From positions 1,848-65,847 of the forward strand of contig WFZS01000119.1 in NCBI GenBank assembly GCA_015489465.1: 64,000 bases of DNA, written 5' to 3'. The position numbers and the translations under genes are program-made. Below the pieces are notes generated by a model that did not search any database, was not told the origin of the DNA, and was given only the letters and a program-made list of their open reading frames with translations. This stretch comes from Bacteroidales bacterium (GTDB lineage: Bacteria; Bacteroidota; Bacteroidia; Bacteroidales; F082). Positions 58,256 through 64,000 of this stretch are shown here, piece by piece (the first letter of the stretch is position 1; each line of letters starts with the position of its first letter).

Positions 58256-59125
58256 CTATTTTTTAAGTATCCAAACATCTTTATATGTTTTACTTAATTT
58301 TCTCTTGTAGCTTAAAGCCTTTTGATAGCTTTCAAATTTGTTCAAGTAAACTCTATAGTTACCGTTACCCGAAACAATACCGGCATATTTAAATCCGTTT
58401 CTTTTTGTCCGTCTTAAAGCCTCTTTGGCACTTACTTTATCTCTCAGACTTGAATAAATTATGTAATAAGTGTGCTTAATTTGCTTGGCGGCTTTGTCTT
58501 TCTTTTTTAAAGCGGCATTATTTTTTTTGTTTGCCGTTGATTTGGTTTTACCGTTACAGATACGGGGTTTGGGCAAAACATCATAACGTTGAGCGAACCA
58601 TACCGATACATAATGATTGTTAAACCCCACACCGGCAATAAGCCATTTTTTTTCTTTCCAATTTCCTCCGGTCAAAATCATATCCAATGCCGGTTCCGAT
58701 TCCCTCCAAAGTGCTAAAACCGAATCCACCGAAACACTATCTTCAAAATAAGACACTAGTTCGTAACCGTAATAACGAAACGGAGTTAACTCGGAAGGTT
58801 TTTTCTTGATACATAAAGGTTTGGGTGCATATTGATTGTAACAACAGGGCTTCCATTTACCTTTGTCAGACCAACTGGACAAATTACAAATGCTTGTGTC
58901 GGGGTGGTTATCCCGTAAATCTTTGACATGGAGCTTTGCCACATAACTCAACGATGCCGAAAGTCTCAACTTTTTTTTACCGTTGGCAACACGTATTTTA
59001 TTCAACGAATCGAAAAGGGATTTTTCCTGATTTGTTATACAAAAAGAACCCGGTAATTTCTTTTTTTGAGCAAAAGATACGTTGAATAAAAACAGAAATA
59101 ATATAAACGGTAATATTTTTCGCAT
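58256..59125 (-). CDS. secreted CAP/SCP-like domain protein with a C-terminal SPOR-like domain
   Basis: Signal peptide; N-terminal LNKIRVANGKKKLRLSASLSYVAKLHVKDL (CAP-like). The C-terminal roughly 75 aa (YYIIYSSLRDKVSAKEAL...YRVYLNKFESYQKA) are SPOR-like. Confidence 0.55.
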   Translation of the reverse strand: MRKILPFILFLFLFNVSFAQKKKLPGSFCITNQEKSLFDSLNKIRVANGKKKLRLSASLSYVAKLHVKDLRDNHPDTSICNLSSWSDKGKWKPCCYNQYAPKPLCIKKKPSELTPFRYYGYELVSYFEDSVSVDSVLALWRESEPALDMILTGGNWKEKKWLIAGVGFNNHYVSVWFAQRYDVLPKPRICNGKTKSTANKKNNAALKKKDKAAKQIKHTYYIIYSSLRDKVSAKEALRRTKRNGFKYAGIVSGNGNYRVYLNKFESYQKALSYKRKLSKTYKDVWILKK

Positions 59126-59170
59126 AAATTTATTTTAGGTAAAAATAAAAATATTACCCGAATTATAAGA

Positions 59171-60004
59171 TTACCACCTAAAGTTGTTTATGTAGAAAGC
59201 TATCAAATTATCATATTCTTGTTGCAAAAACCTTAAAATGTAATTTTCCGTATCAAATTCAAAATCATCGATTTTCCGTACCGGCAACACCTTGGGTGAC
59301 GTTCCCGTTAAAAAAACCGTATCAAAAACCGGCAACTCGTTTAAATAGTATTCACTCTCGAAAATGTCTATCCCATGCTTTACCGCCAACTCAAAAATCT
59401 TTTTGCGTGTCACACCCTTCAAAACCAGGTTTTCATGAGGGGTAAACAATAAATCCAGATCTTTTTTCAATAAAAAAATATTCGATCTGCTGCCTTCGGT
59501 AATAACATTTTTATTATTAATCAGTACAACCTCGAAAACATTTTTTTTCTTAATCATTTCGTCGGCTTTTTGCCTTACGGAAAGATTGGCATATTTTGCC
59601 GAAGGATTATCACGCTCGGCATGCATTACCGAAAGTTCCACACCTTTGTTATATTGTTCTTTCGACGGGAAATAAAAAGGTGTTATCCAGGCTGAAAACA
59701 TTCCGTTTTTATCCCCTGCATCTTGATAAATAAATTTTATCAAGCCGGTAATCAGCCTGTTACTTTCAATAAGAGCTTTTATTTTAACAAGAATCCGGTT
59801 TTCGCTTATATTAATATTAATACCCGCAAGTTTACCCGAATTATAAAAACGTTCGATATGGTCCTCTATGAAAAGAGGCACTCCTTTTTCAACTCTTACA
59901 ACCTCATAAACCGATTTATAATTTTTAAAAAAATACGGATTAAAATCGCAGGTACTTCTAAGCTCGTTATTGATAATGAAATAATTCATCAATGAGCTTT
60001 CCAT
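59171..60004 (-). CDS. class IV aminotransferase (BCAT / aminodeoxychorismate lyase-like)
   Basis: 277 aa fold-type IV similarity (...EGSRSNIF..., ...LKGVTR..., FLTGTS). An alternative ATG lies at 59989. Confidence 0.8.
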   Translation of the reverse strand: MESSLMNYFIINNELRSTCDFNPYFFKNYKSVYEVVRVEKGVPLFIEDHIERFYNSGKLAGININISENRILVKIKALIESNRLITGLIKFIYQDAGDKNGMFSAWITPFYFPSKEQYNKGVELSVMHAERDNPSAKYANLSVRQKADEMIKKKNVFEVVLINNKNVITEGSRSNIFLLKKDLDLLFTPHENLVLKGVTRKKIFELAVKHGIDIFESEYYLNELPVFDTVFLTGTSPKVLPVRKIDDFEFDTENYILRFLQQEYDNLIAFYINNFRW

Positions 60005-60032
60005 ATCAGAAGCCTATAAAAATTTTGACGAA

Positions 60033-60281
60033 TTACTTTTTACCGTCTCTGGCCGCAAAATATTCTTCAATAATTTTTTTTGCCTTTTCCTCATTTTCTT
60101 TTTCAACAAAAATCAAAAAAGAATCTTCCGGAAAACCGTCGGCCCAACCTGCGATCACACTCTCTTCAAGAGTATCTTTCGAAAATACACCTATTCCGTT
60201 TTGTTTAAGAAGTTCCTGGATAAATAATCCTTCAACTTCGGAACCCGTATATACTAATGCCAAATCACTATTAACACTCAT
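60033..60281 (-). CDS. DUF2007-like small protein
   Basis: 82 aa; VYTGSEVEGLFIQELLKQNGIGVF pattern. Confidence 0.6.
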   Translation of the reverse strand: MSVNSDLALVYTGSEVEGLFIQELLKQNGIGVFSKDTLEESVIAGWADGFPEDSFLIFVEKENEEKAKKIIEEYFAARDGKK

Positions 60282-60323
60282 AATTGTAAATTTTTATGTT
60301 TTACTCAAAATTAATACTTTTTT

Positions 60324-61220
60324 TCATATTGTTAACTTCACCAGTGCGAATATCATTACCGCAGCCGCCAAATATTGTACGGGCGAAAGCAAATTACCGT
60401 TTACAACATAATCAAAAAATATTGTTGACACCGGGAACAACAACTCGCTGATAGTTGCCTCCATTGCTTTAACACGCCTAAGCCCGTAATAATATACAAA
60501 TATCGCACCCGAACCCGTTGTCAGTCCTATTATTATAAAATAAAGCCAATTTTCGGGTGTTGTAACTTTAAACTGCCCGGTCTTATTGAAAATTAATATG
60601 TAACCTAACATAATAAGGGCGGTTAATCCATACCTGAAAAAAGTGGCTGTTACAAAGTTGTGATTTTTCAACAACCTTTTTGAAAATACCGTGGAACTTC
60701 CAAAAGAAAAAGCAGCCAGTATAGCCAATAAAGCGGCATAAATGGTATTTTTATCGGTATCCAAATCCGGCAGATTAAAACCGAAAGTAAGAAAATAACT
60801 TGCCGTAATTGCAATTGTAGCCCATAAAGCAAAATGTTTTTTTACCTTTTCTTTCAGTAAAATCGAAGCTAATGATATGGCAAAAACCGGCTGTAGTTTT
60901 TGTAACAAAACCACAACGGAAAGATTTTTAAACTGAACCAAAAACAATGCTTTAACTATGGCTATTGTTCCTATTGCCCCTCCAAACAGAGCTATCATTG
61001 TCAATGTAATGTAGTCCTGCTTTGTAAAAAATTTAAGCTCCCGGTATTGTTTGTACAAAAAAATATTCATCAATAAAAAAGGCAGGGCATGCAACATGAA
61101 AACAACATATCCCACATCCAAATTATAAAGTCTCGGTGTTAAAACAACACCGTCGAAACCCCATAATACAGCGGAAATTCCAATAGCAATAGTACCTTTT
61201 ACAGACTCCGAAAGCCTCAT
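60324..61220 (-). CDS. DMT superfamily (EamA) transporter
   Basis: 298 aa, 10 predicted TM segments in two EamA halves. Confidence 0.85.
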   Translation of the reverse strand: MRLSESVKGTIAIGISAVLWGFDGVVLTPRLYNLDVGYVVFMLHALPFLLMNIFLYKQYRELKFFTKQDYITLTMIALFGGAIGTIAIVKALFLVQFKNLSVVVLLQKLQPVFAISLASILLKEKVKKHFALWATIAITASYFLTFGFNLPDLDTDKNTIYAALLAILAAFSFGSSTVFSKRLLKNHNFVTATFFRYGLTALIMLGYILIFNKTGQFKVTTPENWLYFIIIGLTTGSGAIFVYYYGLRRVKAMEATISELLFPVSTIFFDYVVNGNLLSPVQYLAAAVMIFALVKLTI

Positions 61221-61336
61221 ACTTTTTTAATTAAGGGGCAAAAGTAACTAATTACGAAATAGCGCCTACCGGCAAAAACACATTTAATGGCCAAATACAA
61301 AAAATAATATTAATTTTACTTGTAAATTAAATCTTT

Positions 61337-61690
61337 ATGGAAAGATTTTGTTTGGAATGCGGAGCGAAACTTGTAGGCAGGGTTGATAAAAAATTCTGCA
61401 GTGACCAGTGTCGTAATAATTACAATAATAAATTAAACCGTGACGAAACGGCATTCGTTACCAAAGTCAACAGGATTTTAAGAAAAAACAGACGGATTTT
61501 AAAGGAACTGAACCCTAACGGAAAAGCTAAAGTCACAAAAGACAAGCTGAAATTACACGGATTTGAATTTAAATACTTCACAAATATTTACAAAACAAAA
61601 GAGGGAAAAGTTTATTATTTCTGTTATGAATACGGATACCTCCCGTTAGGTAACGATTATTTTGCACTTGTAAAAAACAAGGAGATATAA
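61337..61690 (+). CDS. hypothetical zinc-ribbon protein
   Basis: N-terminal CLECG...CSDQC four-cysteine motif and a basic central region. Confidence 0.6.
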   Translation: MERFCLECGAKLVGRVDKKFCSDQCRNNYNNKLNRDETAFVTKVNRILRKNRRILKELNPNGKAKVTKDKLKLHGFEFKYFTNIYKTKEGKVYYFCYEYGYLPLGNDYFALVKNKEI

Positions 61691-61752
61691 AAAACGGCTA
61701 TAAACGGAAATTTACCGCTTACAGCCGCCTTTAAACATATTATCTGTCGGAT

Positions 61753-62637
61753 TTATACTTTGGCACTTTCCGTTTCAATTTTCCTGTCAATCTTTTTAAA
61801 CATACCTTGTAACACTTTTCCCGGACCGACTTCAACTACTTTATCTACACCGTCAGCCAGCATATTTTGCATTGTTTGTGTCCATTTAACAGGAGATACC
61901 AGCTGTTTAATAAGATTGGTTTTTATTATTTCCGGATCGTTAACGGGTTGGCCTGTTACATTTTGATAAATCGGACATATACCTTCTTCAAATTTCGTAT
62001 CCCTTATGGCTTTTTCAAGTTCAGCTCTGGCCGGTTCCATCAAAGGCGAATGAAACGCTCCGCCCACTTTTAATTTAAGAGCTCTTTTTGCTCCCAAAGC
62101 CTTGAGTTTTTCTATGGCTAAATCTATGCCTTTTTCAGTACCGGATATTACCAACTGACCGGGAGTATTATAATTGGCAGGAACAACAATTTCATCCTCA
62201 ATTTCCTTACAAACTTCCTCTACCACTTTATCTTCAAGACCTATAATGGCAGCCATTGTGGAAGGAGTTATTTCACAGGCTTTTTGCATTGCCGAAGCAC
62301 GTTTAGCCACAAGTTTCAAACCGTCTTCAAACGACAAGGTTTTGTTAGCCACCAAAGCTGAAAATTCACCCAAAGAGTGACCTGCAACCATATCCGGTTT
62401 AAAATTATCTCCCATTAATTCCGCCAAGATAACGGAATGTAAGAAAATGGCAGGTTGAGTAACATTAGTCTGTTTTAACTCCTCTTCGGTACCCTCAAAC
62501 ATTATATCGGTTATCTTAAATTTAAGGATATTGTTAGCTTTGTGGAACATATCCTTTGCTTTAGAGAAGTTTTCGTAAAGGTCCTTTCCCATACCCGGGA
62601 ATTGTGAACCTTGTCCGGGAAAAACGTAAGCGGTCAT
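61753..62637 (-). CDS. fabD: ACP S-malonyltransferase
   Basis: FPGQGSQ, GHSLGEFSAL and GAFHS motifs. Confidence 0.95.
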   Translation of the reverse strand: MTAYVFPGQGSQFPGMGKDLYENFSKAKDMFHKANNILKFKITDIMFEGTEEELKQTNVTQPAIFLHSVILAELMGDNFKPDMVAGHSLGEFSALVANKTLSFEDGLKLVAKRASAMQKACEITPSTMAAIIGLEDKVVEEVCKEIEDEIVVPANYNTPGQLVISGTEKGIDLAIEKLKALGAKRALKLKVGGAFHSPLMEPARAELEKAIRDTKFEEGICPIYQNVTGQPVNDPEIIKTNLIKQLVSPVKWTQTMQNMLADGVDKVVEVGPGKVLQGMFKKIDRKIETESAKV

Positions 62638-62691
62638 AAACTTTTTAAAATTTGGTTAGTTTTAATTTTTTACACAAAGTAAAACCTATTA

Positions 62692-63426
62692 TTATCTTCT
62701 GTCACCGAAAAAGCGCAGCAAAAATAAAAATAAGTTTATAAAATCAAGATATAAAGATAAGGCTGCCCATAAGGTCATTTTCCTTATGTTATCATCCATT
62801 GCATAACCGTCAACCCGGGCACCAATCCTTTTTATTTTTTGCATATCATAAGCCGTAAGACCGGTGAAAATAACAACCCCAAAGAAACTTACAATGTAAT
62901 CCAAAGTGCCGCTATGCAAAAACATGTTAACTATCATGGCAATTATAATACCTATAAGTCCCATAAACATAATACTTCCGAACCTGGTAAGGTCTGTTTT
63001 TGTGGTATAACCCACTATTGCCATTGTTCCGAACATTCCGGCTGTTATCAAAAATGTTTTTGCTATCGATGCTCCGGTATAAACCAACAGGATAAAGCTC
63101 AGACTTGCTCCCATCAATACGGAAAACAAGATGTATAGCAGCAACATGGTAGATGCGGACATCCTGTTTGCCCCTCCTCCAATGGCAAATACCAACAGCA
63201 ACGGCGAAAATGTTACTATCCACCCCAAAATAGTCATACCGCCTTCGGGGTTAAACATCATACTTAACAAAGACGGTGAAGATGCCACTATGTAAGCCGT
63301 TAAAGCCGTTACGCCCAAAGCTACAAACATCCACATAAAAACACCGGCCACAAAGGTTCTTGCAACTGTTACGGAACCTCCGGCAGGTTCTGTATATCCA
63401 TACGGTTTGTTTTGTAAATCATTCAT
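62692..63426 (-). CDS. Bax inhibitor-1/YccA family membrane protein
   Basis: 244 aa, 7 TM segments, C-terminal LYLDFINLFLFLLRFFG. Confidence 0.88.
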   Translation of the reverse strand: MNDLQNKPYGYTEPAGGSVTVARTFVAGVFMWMFVALGVTALTAYIVASSPSLLSMMFNPEGGMTILGWIVTFSPLLLVFAIGGGANRMSASTMLLLYILFSVLMGASLSFILLVYTGASIAKTFLITAGMFGTMAIVGYTTKTDLTRFGSIMFMGLIGIIIAMIVNMFLHSGTLDYIVSFFGVVIFTGLTAYDMQKIKRIGARVDGYAMDDNIRKMTLWAALSLYLDFINLFLFLLRFFGDRR

Positions 63427-63521
63427 ATTATATTCCTCCTTTAATTATTTTTTAACGGTACACTTAACAAATAACACACCAAACAAAAGTAAAATATCAA
63501 AATCCTTTCAAGTAAAGAATA

Positions 63522-64000
63522 TCAGGACAACTTGGCAGAAATCAAATTTATAAATTCATTTCTTGTTTCTATTCTTTTAAAGGCTCCCGTAAAGTCGGAT
63601 GTTGTTGTAACGGAACTTTGCTTTTGTACTCCTCGCATTGCCATACACAAGTGTTTTGCTTCTATCACAACGGCAACACCCAACGGATTCAATGTTGATT
63701 GAATTGCTTCTTTTATCTGGGAAGTAAGCCTTTCCTGAACCTGCAAACGACGTGCATATGCTTCCACAACCCTTGCTATTTTGCTTAATCCGGTAATATA
63801 TCCGTTCGGTATATATGCCACATGAGCTTTTCCTATAAAAGGAATCATATGATGTTCGCAAAGAGAAAATATCTCAATGTCTTTAACAATCACCATTTCC
63901 TTATAATCTTCTTTAAATCTTGCCGAAAGCAGAATTTCTTTAGGGTCGTGATCATAACCTTGTGTTAAAAACTGAATAGATTTTGCAACACGCAACGGTG
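63522..64000 (-). CDS. folE: GTP cyclohydrolase I, N-terminus beyond the window edge
   Basis: [20 protein letters not shown] and RLQVQERLT motifs. The frame stays open to the window end. Confidence 0.9.
   Translation of the reverse strand, partial: PLRVAKSIQFLTQGYDHDPKEILLSARFKEDYKEMVIVKDIEIFSLCEHHMIPFIGKAHVAYIPNGYITGLSKIARVVEAYARRLQVQERLTSQIKEAIQSTLNPLGVAVVIEAKHLCMAMRGVQKQSSVTTTSDFTGAFKRIETRNEFINLISAKLS

Noticed and set aside
1-64000. I searched the whole window for CRISPR-like spaced repeats, tRNA/rRNA/tmRNA-like segments, transposases, integrases, phage genes, and toxin-antitoxin or defence genes.
   Set aside because: None were seen. All intergenic regions over 100 nt were read on both strands and contain only AT-rich promoter or terminator sequence, apart from the elements reported. 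The gene content is core housekeeping.

Overview
This AT-rich window looks like a core-chromosome segment from an anaerobic member of the Bacteroidota. Supporting that placement: a PorX-type T9SS response regulator, TAnnTTTG promoter boxes close to start codons, the sigma-54 EBP/lptE/secG/groES/groEL gene order, a class-3 FBPase, PFOR, and GH57/GT4/GH133 glycogen genes. I call 51 protein-coding genes plus one 20-codon leader peptide; the first and last genes are cut by the window edges. The content is almost entirely housekeeping: pheT, topA, groESL, secG, ppa, nadD, lysC-type aspartate kinase, aroA/aroB, fabG/fabD, folE, nifJ, an ABC importer and glycogen metabolism. I found no rRNA, tRNA, CRISPR array, transposase/integrase, prophage or recognisable defence gene. 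I therefore do not think this is a mobile or defence island, and I cannot point to a convincing new multi-gene system. Five observations merit a second look. (1) A ribosome-mediated Trp attenuator (leader peptide with WWW, plus terminator/antiterminator) sits in front of a stand-alone trpB2. (2) A FliG C-terminal-like domain is fused to the end of a GH57 glycogen enzyme. (3) A single 1402-aa ORF fuses a eukaryote-type GT3 glycogen synthase to a GT35 alpha-glucan phosphorylase, inside a non-classical glycogen cluster. (4) A 91-nt GC-rich compound palindrome lies between convergent genes. (5) Short GGTCG(G)AAAG-type words are shared by the two long convergent spacers. All family assignments come from my own recognition of motifs in the supplied translations; no database search was run.
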